A DNA stretch of 64,000 bases from NCBI GenBank assembly GCA_028874175.1, contig JAPPLN010000117.1, positions 3,938 to 67,937 of the forward strand. Reading direction: 5' to 3'. This DNA is from Chloroflexota bacterium. GTDB taxonomy: Bacteria > Chloroflexota > UBA11872. The first letter of the stretch is position 1. Each line of letters begins with the position of its first letter. A program made the position numbers and the translations under genes. The notes beneath the pieces are model-generated. The model did not search any database. It saw only the letters and a list, made by a program, of their open reading frames with translations, and was not told where the DNA came from. This document shows positions 9,670-18,662 of this stretch, in pieces.

Positions 9670-10722
9670 ATGTCCAATGGCAGCCTCGGCATTGGCATCG
9701 TCGGCGCGGGCGACATCGTGCGCACCCGTCACATGCCGAACCTGGCGGATGTAGACGACATCGCCTTCGTGGCGGTGACGAACCGGCGTCGCGAAACGGC
9801 CGAGGCGTTCGCCGCCGACCACAGCGTGCCGAACGTGGTGGACGACTGGCGGGCCGTGGTGGAGCACCCCGACGTGGACATCGTCTGGATCGGCGCCACG
9901 CCCTACATGCACGCACGGGTCTCGGTGGCTGCCCTGGACGCGGGCAAGCACGTGTTCTGCCAGGCGCGCATGGCGCGCAACCTGGCCGAAGCCCGCGACA
10001 TGCTGGACGCTTCGGAGCGGAACCCCGGGCTCGTCGCGGCCGTCTGTCCGCCCGGCATTGGGGTCGCCGGCGATCGCACGATGCTTCGCCTGCTGAAGAT
10101 CGACCGCTTCATCGGCGCGCTGCGACAGGTGCGCATGTCGTCGTTCGGGGACACCGCCGTTGTGAACGACCTGCTGCACTGGCGGCAGGACTTCGACGTC
10201 AGCGGCTACAACGTGATGAACGTGGGAATCATGGTGGAAGCCCTGCAGCGCTGGGTGGGTCCGGAGCGCAACGTGCAGGCCATGACGCCCGTGCACATCA
10301 AGGAGCGACGCAACCCGGAGACCAACGCTCTTGAGCCGGTGCGCGTGCCCGACTCATTCACCGCGATGGGCGAGCTGGTGTCGGGCGCCGACTACGTGTA
10401 CCAGTGGTCGGGGCTGGCCCATCACGAGCCGGCGACCGAGGTCTGGCTCTACGGTGATCAGGGCACGCTGGTGTACGACTTCGACCACGACACCATTGCG
10501 GGGGCCACGTCGGACGATGACGAGCTGTCGCCGATCGAGATCCCGGCGGACGAGCACTACGACCCGAACGTGGAAACCGATTTCATCGACGCCATCCGCA
10601 GCGGCAGCCACGACACCGGGCTGGCGCCCAGCTTCGCCCGCGCCTTCAAGTACATGGAGTTCATGGAGGCCGCCACTCGATCGGCCCGTGACGGCCTGCG
10701 GATCAGCCTGCCGCTTGACTAG
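9670..10722 (+). CDS. Gfo/Idh/MocA-family oxidoreductase, divergent from 8521..9507
   Basis: LGIGIVGAGDIV and ALDAGKHVFCQARMA motifs. The ATG at 9670 gives MSNGSLGIGIVGAG. Confidence 0.85.
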   Translation: MSNGSLGIGIVGAGDIVRTRHMPNLADVDDIAFVAVTNRRRETAEAFAADHSVPNVVDDWRAVVEHPDVDIVWIGATPYMHARVSVAALDAGKHVFCQARMARNLAEARDMLDASERNPGLVAAVCPPGIGVAGDRTMLRLLKIDRFIGALRQVRMSSFGDTAVVNDLLHWRQDFDVSGYNVMNVGIMVEALQRWVGPERNVQAMTPVHIKERRNPETNALEPVRVPDSFTAMGELVSGADYVYQWSGLAHHEPATEVWLYGDQGTLVYDFDHDTIAGATSDDDELSPIEIPADEHYDPNVETDFIDAIRSGSHDTGLAPSFARAFKYMEFMEAATRSARDGLRISLPLD

Positions 10723-10764
10723 GTGACCGGCGGCCGCAACGGCCTGCAACGTCGGTCCGTTGTC

Positions 10765-13185
10765 ATGGGTGTGAAGGCGTGTCGCCGCCGGCCCCGATTC
10801 ACTGGCCCCCTGCGCGCGGCCTTGCTGGGATTCATCCTGGCTCTGGCGACGACCACGGCTTCGGATGCTCAGGCGCCCGACCAAAGCACGCCGGACACCG
10901 TCGGCGCCTTCTTCGCCGTCGAAGCGCCGGACCTTGGCTTCGCGGTGACCGACTTTGAAGACGCCCGCCTCTGGTCCTCCTGGCGGGACCTGGGCGGCGA
11001 AGGAGTGTTTGGCGCGCCAGTCTCGCGACGATTCACGTTCCAGGGGCAGGTTGCGCAGCTATTCGAGCGCGGAATGTTGCGCTGGAAGCCCGGCAGCGGC
11101 GTCTCCGTGGTCAACGTTATGGATCTGCTGGCGTCGAACGGCTACGACGAGCAACTCCTCAGCGACTTTGGGATTCCGGCGTCCGTCGACTGGTCGGACA
11201 GCGCCGGACTGTCCTGGCCGGAGGTCCAGCGCCGGCACATGGCGCTGCTGGAGGGACCAGAGCCCTGGCGGACCGCGCTGCGCGCTGCGTTCTACACGGC
11301 GGGGGAAGCGCTGGACAGCGACGCCGCCGCCATCCTCCTTCACGGCCTCCCAGTGGCTGTGGCCGAGACACATGCTGGCTATGCGCTGCGGGCACAGCGG
11401 GCGGCCTGGGTGTATGCGCCGGGCATCGACGAGGCGCCGCGCCGCGTGGACATTTCCGGTTTCCTGAAGCAAACGTCGCTGGTGCCCCGACGCGCCGCGG
11501 TGCCCCACGGACCCGACTTCCAGCTTCCGCCACGACCGGTCAGCGCCGTGCAATTCTTCGACTGGTGGAGCCACGACTATCTGCCGACCGAATATTTCAC
11601 CCACGGGTTGTCCTGGGAACGAATCGGCATCACGCGCGATCAGGTCGGGTCGCCGGCCTACTACGACGCGAACTTCCGCCTCATTAGAGACCTGGGCGTC
11701 GACGGTGTGTTCTGGGAGTGGTACGGAACGGCACCAAGCCTGACGCCCACCCCGGTTGTGCTGGACTCCCTGCGACGCCACGGCCTGAAGATTGGCCTGT
11801 TCTACGACTGGGAGCTGCTGTACGCCGGAGGTCAGGCCGTGCTGAGCGACCGCGCATACATCACGCCGAACGAGGCCGGCCTGTCCAAGATCGCCGACGA
11901 GGTGATCGCCTTCTACCAGGGGATTCCGCGGGACCTCTGGCTCTATGACGCCGACGGCCAGCTCCCGGTCATCGTCTACGCCTACGGCTTTCCTGAAGCC
12001 CTGGACGATGCGCAGGGATGGACCTGGTTCTTTACCGAACTGGTGCGACGGGTCGAGTCGGCCCTGGACGTTGACGTGATCTTCGACTGGTCGGTGGCCT
12101 ACCTGCCGCCGTCCCAGGTCCAGGAACTGGCGTTCGAGCGCTGGCCGGACGACTACGCCCCATTCAACTTTGTGGTCGACATTCCCCAGTCGCAGTACGG
12201 CCATCACGTCGTGACGTGGAATTACATCTTCGACAACCGCGGGGTCGCCGAGCGCGACATGCTTCCGCGCCTGATTCGCGATGACAACCGCTATCTCCAG
12301 GAAACGGCGTGGCTGGTCGCGCACACCAATCCCAGCCTGGTTTTCATCTACAGCTGGAACGAGTTCTGGGAGGGCTCGCACCTCTTTCCCGACGACACCT
12401 ACGCGTGGCGGCGTTACGAGCTGGCCAAGGCGCAGTTGGCGGAGCTTGCGGCGACGCGGGTCAACGATTTGCCGCGCGCCGTCATCATCGGGGACCCGGC
12501 CGACGCCTACCCGCCCGGCACGAACGATCTGTTCGAGAGCCAGCGACTACTGATCCGGCACTTCCTGCGCCGGTACGTGCCGCAAGCCACCTTCGTTACA
12601 CCCGCGCGAGCCACGACTGACGTGCTGGCCGGGTACGACCTGGTGGTGAGCCTGACCACGGATCGCGCCATCGATCCGGTACTGGCGGCGCTGCCCGAAT
12701 CGACCCAGATCGTGTATTGGAACGCCACTGACCTGGCAACCGGATTCGCGCAGCGTTTCGTGGAGGCGGTCGAATCCGAGCGTCCCGTGGGGCGGTTCGG
12801 GATTCTGGACCGCGAGGGGCAGGCGGTTGACGACACGATCGGCGCCAGGGGCGACGTCTTGCGGGTCACGCCTGCGGCCGATACCAGCGCGATCCTGCAA
12901 TTCGACCAGCAAGGACAGGCGTATCCGCTGGTGGTGCAAGCCGGAAACGACCACTGGATCAACATCTACGATCCCACGGACGCGGCCCTGGCCGCGGCGT
13001 TTGAGGCTGTGTACGGCCGCGCACTCGAGCCGGCGATAACCTTCGCGCTGCTAGGCAACATCCAACGGCTTGAGGTCTATCCGGACGGGCGGGTGGTGCA
13101 AAACAGGTTCAGCGCGCCGGCGGTGTTCGTTCACGAACCGCTGGCGATACCGGACTTCGAGCCGGCGCCGCCCGAGGGCCTCTAG
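10765..13185 (+). CDS. Secreted 807-aa protein with an N-terminal LGFP-like repeat and a large glycoside-hydrolase-like catalytic region of uncertain family
   Basis: Signal peptide MGVKACRRRPRFTGPLRAALLGFILALATTTASDAQA. LGFP-like segment GFAVTDFEDARLW…FQGQVAQLFERGMLRW. The central region has SWNEFWEGS and YDWELLYAGG motifs reminiscent of TIM-barrel GHs. Confidence 0.6.
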   Translation: MGVKACRRRPRFTGPLRAALLGFILALATTTASDAQAPDQSTPDTVGAFFAVEAPDLGFAVTDFEDARLWSSWRDLGGEGVFGAPVSRRFTFQGQVAQLFERGMLRWKPGSGVSVVNVMDLLASNGYDEQLLSDFGIPASVDWSDSAGLSWPEVQRRHMALLEGPEPWRTALRAAFYTAGEALDSDAAAILLHGLPVAVAETHAGYALRAQRAAWVYAPGIDEAPRRVDISGFLKQTSLVPRRAAVPHGPDFQLPPRPVSAVQFFDWWSHDYLPTEYFTHGLSWERIGITRDQVGSPAYYDANFRLIRDLGVDGVFWEWYGTAPSLTPTPVVLDSLRRHGLKIGLFYDWELLYAGGQAVLSDRAYITPNEAGLSKIADEVIAFYQGIPRDLWLYDADGQLPVIVYAYGFPEALDDAQGWTWFFTELVRRVESALDVDVIFDWSVAYLPPSQVQELAFERWPDDYAPFNFVVDIPQSQYGHHVVTWNYIFDNRGVAERDMLPRLIRDDNRYLQETAWLVAHTNPSLVFIYSWNEFWEGSHLFPDDTYAWRRYELAKAQLAELAATRVNDLPRAVIIGDPADAYPPGTNDLFESQRLLIRHFLRRYVPQATFVTPARATTDVLAGYDLVVSLTTDRAIDPVLAALPESTQIVYWNATDLATGFAQRFVEAVESERPVGRFGILDREGQAVDDTIGARGDVLRVTPAADTSAILQFDQQGQAYPLVVQAGNDHWINIYDPTDAALAAAFEAVYGRALEPAITFALLGNIQRLEVYPDGRVVQNRFSAPAVFVHEPLAIPDFEPAPPEGL

Positions 13186-13358
13186 GTCACGCTGCCTGGG
13201 AGCTATTCCTTGTGCGGCGATGAGCCGACACGAACGAGGGCCGCTCGGCCTCATCGTTACAGCTGTCCCCGCGGCCGGATAAGGTTCGCAAATGAGACGC
13301 CAGCCGCGCACAGCCAGATGAGCCCCTGCCGAGCGACTGCACCACGCGGGCACCAATC

Positions 13359-14594
13359 GTGATCGGCCGAGTCCTGCAACTGCGGGTGGCCGACCCGCGA
13401 CCGGGCGTGCTGCGGCATCGGAACTTCGCGCTCTTCTGGTTCAGCCTGGTGATCTCGCATTCGGGAACCTGGATGCAGATCCTGGTGGTGGGCTGGCTGA
13501 CCGACGAGATGACGCGGTCGGCGTTCTGGGTCGGCATGGTGGCCGCGGCACGCGGCGTCCCCATGGTGGTGCTGCCCTTCTTCGGCGGCGTGGTAGCCGA
13601 CCGGATGGACCGCCGGACGCTGCTGTGGATTACGCAGGTCAGCCAGGCGCTGCTGGGCCTGATCCTGGCAATCGTAGTGGCCGCCGACGTGGCGCAGGTC
13701 TGGCACTTCGCGGTTATCGCCATGCTGGCTTCGATCGCCGGCGCCTTCGATCAACCGACGCGGCAGGCCATCGTGCCCGCGTTGGTTCCCCGAGAGGATC
13801 TGCGGAAGGCCATAGCGCTGCATGCGGTGGTCTTTACCGGCGGGGCATTGCTGGGTCCGGCTATTGCGGGCCTGCTGGTGCCCGTGATCGGCGCGGCCGG
13901 GGTGCTGTTCATCAACGCCGCCAGCACCTTGCCGGTATTCGTTGCGCTGGCGTTGCTGAACCTGCCGCCCTTCAAGCCCCGGCCCCGCGAGGCGGTCTTG
14001 AAGAGCGTGCGGGACGGCCTGCGGTTTGCGTTCAGCCGCGAACTGATCGTACTGGTGCTGCTGGTGTCGGCTGTGGCCAGCCTGTTCGGGCGCTCATTCC
14101 AGCAGTTGGCGCCGGTCTTTGCACGCGAGGTCCTGTTTGCCGACGTGACCGGCCTGGGCTGGCTGATCGCGGCGCCGGGGCTGGGCTCGGTTATCGGCGC
14201 GTTCGTGGTGGCGAGCGCAAACTGGTTGCCGGCCAACGGTCGCCTGGCCGGAATCGCCGTGGCCGGGTACCTGGCGGCGCTGGTGGGATTCGCGGTCTCG
14301 ACGTCCCTGGGCCTTTCGCTGGTGCTGCTGGTGCTGGTGGGGCTCTTGATTACCGTGTTCTCGGCATGCGTGCGGACGATGCTGCAACTGGAGGCGACCG
14401 AGGCCTACTACGGCCGCGTGATGAGCCTGAACACCATCACCTTCATCGGGCTTTCGCCCGTGGGGGCGCTGGTCATTGGAGCCATTGCGGAGTCGGTAGG
14501 CATTCAAGCGGCGACGCTGATCGGCGCAGCCGTGGTGGCGATGGTATTCGCGGTGGTGTGGGTGGCGCGTCCGACGCTGCGTCGGGCTACGTAG
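13359..14594 (+). CDS. MFS transporter (EntS/MFS_3-like)
   Basis: GTG start. About 12 TM segments. N-terminus LRHRNFALFWFSLVISHSGTWMQ is typical of this MFS subfamily. Confidence 0.85.
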   Translation: MIGRVLQLRVADPRPGVLRHRNFALFWFSLVISHSGTWMQILVVGWLTDEMTRSAFWVGMVAAARGVPMVVLPFFGGVVADRMDRRTLLWITQVSQALLGLILAIVVAADVAQVWHFAVIAMLASIAGAFDQPTRQAIVPALVPREDLRKAIALHAVVFTGGALLGPAIAGLLVPVIGAAGVLFINAASTLPVFVALALLNLPPFKPRPREAVLKSVRDGLRFAFSRELIVLVLLVSAVASLFGRSFQQLAPVFAREVLFADVTGLGWLIAAPGLGSVIGAFVVASANWLPANGRLAGIAVAGYLAALVGFAVSTSLGLSLVLLVLVGLLITVFSACVRTMLQLEATEAYYGRVMSLNTITFIGLSPVGALVIGAIAESVGIQAATLIGAAVVAMVFAVVWVARPTLRRAT

Positions 14595-14629
14595 ACTGCG
14601 CCGGATCGGGTTCGACGGGGTATCGACTG

Positions 14630-15478
14630 ATGGCGCACATCGGGGTGTTCTACAGCGAGGGGTTCGATCCCGGGGCGTATTCCATGGCGCTGTATCACGC
14701 GCAGATGGAGGCGGCGCGCGGTGGGCATGGGATGAGCATTCACCAGTTCCCGGAAGGTTCGCTGGCGGCTGCGGCCGAGCGCGCGCCGGAAGTTGACGGC
14801 TTGCTGGCGTTCGCCAGCGGAGCGACCGACCTCGCGTTCCTGCTTGGGCACTCGCGACCGTCGGTGGTGTGCGAGCGCATCGTGCCCGGCTGCGCTTATG
14901 TGGCGCCGGACAATTTCGACATTGGCAGCACGGCCGCGCGGCATCTGCTGGACCTGGGGCACGAGCGCCTGGCAGTGGTGCTGCCGGGCGACCCGGCCAA
15001 CCTGGACAGCTATCACGGCTCCCGCTTTGCCGGATTCCGGGACACGGCAGCCGCTGCGGGATACCCGCTGGACGACTCTGACATCTATTTCGGCGAAAAG
15101 GTCGAAACGACCGGACAAACGGCGGTCGAGGCCATGCTGAAGCGCGGCGATATGCCGGACGCCATCTACGTGCAGAACCTGCCGATGGCGCTGGCCGCGC
15201 TGCGGACGCTAACGGAGGCCGGGGTAGCTGTTCCCCGCGACGTTTCCTTCCTTGGAACCACGTTCGCCCAGTTGAACGTGCCGGCGGCCACCGAGCACAC
15301 GACGCCGCCGATGACGGCCGTGACGTTCGAGAAAGAGGAGATGGGGCGGCAGGGCGTGGCCTACCTGGCCGCGGCAGCCGAGGGCCGAGCGAGTGGGCGA
15401 ATGGAAGCGCTGCTGCCGGGCGTGCTGGTCGAAGGCGCGTCTACCGCAGCCACGCGGGCCGCAGCGTTGGTGGGCTAA
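14630..15478 (+). CDS. LacI-family periplasmic-binding-fold ligand-binding domain protein without the HTH, copy 1
   Basis: Collinear with the LacI/GalR regulatory core: MAHIGVFY…VVCERIVPG…DNFDIGSTAARHLLDLGHERLAVVLPG…GTTFAQLNV…MTAVTFEKEEMGRQGV. The ATG at 14630 sits at the domain boundary and no HTH is encoded in-frame upstream. Confidence 0.7.
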   Translation: MAHIGVFYSEGFDPGAYSMALYHAQMEAARGGHGMSIHQFPEGSLAAAAERAPEVDGLLAFASGATDLAFLLGHSRPSVVCERIVPGCAYVAPDNFDIGSTAARHLLDLGHERLAVVLPGDPANLDSYHGSRFAGFRDTAAAAGYPLDDSDIYFGEKVETTGQTAVEAMLKRGDMPDAIYVQNLPMALAALRTLTEAGVAVPRDVSFLGTTFAQLNVPAATEHTTPPMTAVTFEKEEMGRQGVAYLAAAAEGRASGRMEALLPGVLVEGASTAATRAAALVG

Positions 15479-15552
15479 GCGGCGAACCGGGGCACCGGCG
15501 GGTCCCAGGCTGCGTAGACTGCGCCGAATCTGGTTCGGCCGGAGGCGGGACG

Positions 15553-16398
15553 ATGGCGCACATTGGGGTGTTCTATTGCGAAGGGTTTAACTCCGGCGCC
15601 TATAGCGTGGCGCTCTATCACGCGCAGTTGGCGGCGGCGCGCGGTGGGCATGGGCTGAGCCTGTACACGTTTGCGGAGGGATCGCTGGCGGCCACGGCGG
15701 CACGGGCGCCGGAGGTTGACGGGCTGCTGACCTTTGGGCCCGAGGGCGTGGACCTGGACTTTCTGCGAGGACACGAGCGACCGTCGGTCGTGTGCGAGCA
15801 CGTTGTTTCCGGCTGCGCGAACATTGCGCCGGACAATCACGACATCGGGCGCACGGCCGCGCGGCACCTGCTGGACCTGGGACACGAGCGCCTGGCGGTG
15901 GTCCTACCGGGCGATCCGGCGAAGACGGTCACCTACCACGGGTCTCGATTTGCGGGGTTTCGAGACGCCGCCGCGGCCGCCGGCCACGCACTGGCCGAGG
16001 TGGATATCTACTCTGGCCCACAGGTTGAGACGACCGGACAGACGGCGGCCGAGGCCATGTTGGCGCGCGGCGATCTGCCGGACGCGGTTTACGTGCAGAA
16101 CATGCCCATGGCGCTGGCTGCCCTGCGCACGCTGACGGAGGCTGGCGTCGCCGTCCCTGACGACGTTTCCTTTCTCGGAACCACGTTCACCCAACTGACC
16201 GAGCCGAACGCCACCAATCACACGACGCCGCCAATGACGGCGGTGACGTTCGAGAAAGAGGAAATGGGCCGGCAGGGCGTGGCGTACCTGGCGGCGGCCG
16301 CCGAGGGCCGGACGAGCGAGCGCCTGAAAGTGCGGTTGCCGGGTGTGCTGGTCAGCGGCGCCTCAACGGCCAGAGCAGCGGTCGCGGTGGCGGGCTAG
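15553..16398 (+). CDS. LacI-family ligand-binding domain protein without the HTH, copy 2 (tandem paralog)
   Basis: About 75% identical to copy 1. GGAGGCGGG RBS. The upstream CTGCGTAGACTGCGCCG and the downstream GTCCCAGGCTGCG flanks were duplicated with the gene. Confidence 0.75.
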   Translation: MAHIGVFYCEGFNSGAYSVALYHAQLAAARGGHGLSLYTFAEGSLAATAARAPEVDGLLTFGPEGVDLDFLRGHERPSVVCEHVVSGCANIAPDNHDIGRTAARHLLDLGHERLAVVLPGDPAKTVTYHGSRFAGFRDAAAAAGHALAEVDIYSGPQVETTGQTAAEAMLARGDLPDAVYVQNMPMALAALRTLTEAGVAVPDDVSFLGTTFTQLTEPNATNHTTPPMTAVTFEKEEMGRQGVAYLAAAAEGRTSERLKVRLPGVLVSGASTARAAVAVAG

Positions 16399-16418
16399 GC
16401 GACCCACCCCCGTCGGGT

Positions 16419-16440
16419 CCCAGGCTGCGCGCAGCCTGGG
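16419..16440. terminator. Perfect 22-bp palindrome CCCAGGCTGCGCGCAGCCTGGG between the convergent LacI-LBD copy 2 and ftsK; a bidirectional terminator candidate
   Basis: Read directly: the reverse complement is identical to the sequence. Confidence 0.5.
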
Positions 16441-16460
16441 CCACGGATGGCTTCAGCCGC

Positions 16461-18623
16461 TTAGTCGGCGGGCTGGCGTTGAAGGACGGGGCGGCGCAGG
16501 GACTGGGGTAGGGGTGGGCCGACGAAGCCTTCCTCTTCCAGCCGGTGTCCGAGCTTGAGGGCCAACGTCCGCCCGATTCCCAGTTCACGGGCCAGTTGGT
16601 CGGGCGTAACGCTGTCGTGGCGCATGACCAGTTCGGTGGCTTCCACGAAGATCTCGTCCTCTTCGTCTTCTTCCGACTGCTGGAGTTCCTGCCGGGACAC
16701 CTGCATGGGTTCGCCCTGGTCGCGCCAGTGTTGGACGGCCGCGCGAACTTCCTCGTCGGTGACCCGCACACCCTGGATGCGCTGCGCCTTCCCGCCTTCG
16801 GGCGGCGCGTAGAGCATGTCGCCGCGTCCGATCAGCCGCTCGGCGCCGGCCGCGTCCAGCACTGTGCGCGAGTCAGCCTGGCTGCTGACCATGAACGAAA
16901 TGCGGGTCGGGAAGTTGGCCTTGATCAGGCCGGTGATGACGTCGACCGAAGGGCGCTGGGTCGAGATGACCAAGTGGATTCCGGTGGCGCGGGCCATCTG
17001 GGCCAGACGGGCCAGCAGGCGCTCGACGTCGCCGGGGGCGGTCATCATCAGGTCGGCCAACTCGTCGATCACGACCACTATGTAGGGCAGCGGTCCGTCG
17101 GAGTCCTCAGGCGGCGCGGCGTTGTAGGACGCCAGATTGCGCACGCCGGCCTTGCTGAAGGTGCGGTAGCGGCGGGCCATCTCGTTGCTGACCCAGGTGA
17201 GCACGTCCACGACTTCGTTCACATCGGTGACCACGGGCATGCGCAGGTGCGGAATGCCCTCGAACGCCACCAGCTCGACCATCTTGGGGTCGATGAGGAC
17301 GAACTGCATTTCCTCGGGCGTCTTGGCGAACATGATCCCGGTGATCAGCGACGTGAGGCAGACGGACTTGCCCGCGCCGGTAGCGCCGGCGATCAACACG
17401 TGGGGCATCTTGGCCAAGTCGGCGATGCGCACCTGACCGGCGACGTCCTGGCCGAGCGCGACCTTGATATCGGCGTCCGACTCCGCCCAGGCCTGGCTCT
17501 CCATAACCTCGCGCAGGGTCACGACCGCCGGGTTGTCATTGGGCGTTTCAAGTCCCACGAACGGCTGCCCCGGGACTGGGGCTTCGATGCGCACGCTGCG
17601 GGCGGCCAGCTTGAGGGCCAGGTCGTTGGCTAGTGCGGTGATACGCGCGACCTTGACACCCGGGCCCGGCTCCAGAAGGTATTGAGTCACGACCGGTCCG
17701 GGGACGGCCTCCGCCACCCTGACCTGCACCTTGAAGGACTCCAGCGTCTCCTCGATCGAGGCGGCCTTGCTGACGATCTCGTCTTCCGGGACCTCGCCCG
17801 AGTCCTCGGCTGGCAAGAGCATGTCTACACCCGGCAGCTGCCAGCGACCGTCCTGCTGCGGGGTCGCGGCGGCGGCGGGCATCCGGTCGGCGACGCGAAT
17901 CAGCGGCTGCTGGCCCCAGGCGGGCCCGTCGTCAGCCTGATCCTCTCCAGGCTCGTCCTCAACGGCTTCTTGAGCACCGGCATCCGTCTGCGGGGCCTCG
18001 GCTCGGTCCGCCGGCGAGAACCACGGACGCGCGCGCGCGTTGGCGGCGGCGATGACCCGCAGGAGGCCGCTGCCCAAGAAGCGGGTCGCCTGGATAACGA
18101 ACCGCCCCGGCCGCATCACGGCTTCGGCGCCCCAAGGCGACGCGACCAAGCCGTAAGCAAGGGCCAGGACGGCGGCCACAGCAAGAACCAGGAAGGCAGG
18201 GACGTCGCCAATGGCCGCCCGTATGGCCGACCCGATGAGCCCGCCAATCACTCCGCCGCCTTCAGGCTGACCCTGGTTGGCGACGACGGCGGCGAGGTCG
18301 GTCATTGCCGCGAGCGCCGCGACAAACACGGCTGCCGCGACGAAGTGAGTGACGTCAATGATGGAACGGCGGCGAGCGCCGGCGACCAGGACTGCTCCGC
18401 CGATCATCGCGCCGGCCAACGCGCCCAACGGCGCGGCACGGCCCAGGCCGGCGGCCACGGTTGCGGCCGCGCCCGTCACCACCAACGCGTCGTCGACGAT
18501 GAGGCCGACGAACGACAGTACGCCAAAGGCGGCCACGATGAAGCCGCCAAAGCCCGCGATGTCCCAATGTTCAGGCCGCGTCGCGCGCGCTGGCAGCGCG
18601 GCGGCCTTTCGGCTCGTGGCCAC
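16461..18623 (-). CDS. ftsK: DNA translocase FtsK/SpoIIIE
   Basis: N-terminal TM helices, an acidic linker, Walker A (AGATGAGKS) and a C-terminal gamma winged-helix (VMRHDSVTPDQLARELGIGRTLALKLGHRLEEEGFVGP). Confidence 0.9.
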   Translation of the reverse strand: MATSRKAAALPARATRPEHWDIAGFGGFIVAAFGVLSFVGLIVDDALVVTGAAATVAAGLGRAAPLGALAGAMIGGAVLVAGARRRSIIDVTHFVAAAVFVAALAAMTDLAAVVANQGQPEGGGVIGGLIGSAIRAAIGDVPAFLVLAVAAVLALAYGLVASPWGAEAVMRPGRFVIQATRFLGSGLLRVIAAANARARPWFSPADRAEAPQTDAGAQEAVEDEPGEDQADDGPAWGQQPLIRVADRMPAAAATPQQDGRWQLPGVDMLLPAEDSGEVPEDEIVSKAASIEETLESFKVQVRVAEAVPGPVVTQYLLEPGPGVKVARITALANDLALKLAARSVRIEAPVPGQPFVGLETPNDNPAVVTLREVMESQAWAESDADIKVALGQDVAGQVRIADLAKMPHVLIAGATGAGKSVCLTSLITGIMFAKTPEEMQFVLIDPKMVELVAFEGIPHLRMPVVTDVNEVVDVLTWVSNEMARRYRTFSKAGVRNLASYNAAPPEDSDGPLPYIVVVIDELADLMMTAPGDVERLLARLAQMARATGIHLVISTQRPSVDVITGLIKANFPTRISFMVSSQADSRTVLDAAGAERLIGRGDMLYAPPEGGKAQRIQGVRVTDEEVRAAVQHWRDQGEPMQVSRQELQQSEEDEEDEIFVEATELVMRHDSVTPDQLARELGIGRTLALKLGHRLEEEGFVGPPLPQSLRRPVLQRQPAD

Positions 18624-18662
18624 GGGAGGCCCTCCTCGGTGCGAGCTGTCGCCCGCCCCTAG

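Noticed and set aside
13625-14629. N-terminal 335 codons of the long ORF 13625..15478
   Set aside because: This part is an out-of-frame read through the MFS gene. Only the segment from the ATG at 14630 matches the LacI ligand-binding core, and no HTH is encoded.
17682-18662. 326-aa plus-strand ORF
   Set aside because: It is antisense to ftsK and has a low-complexity Gly/Arg composition.
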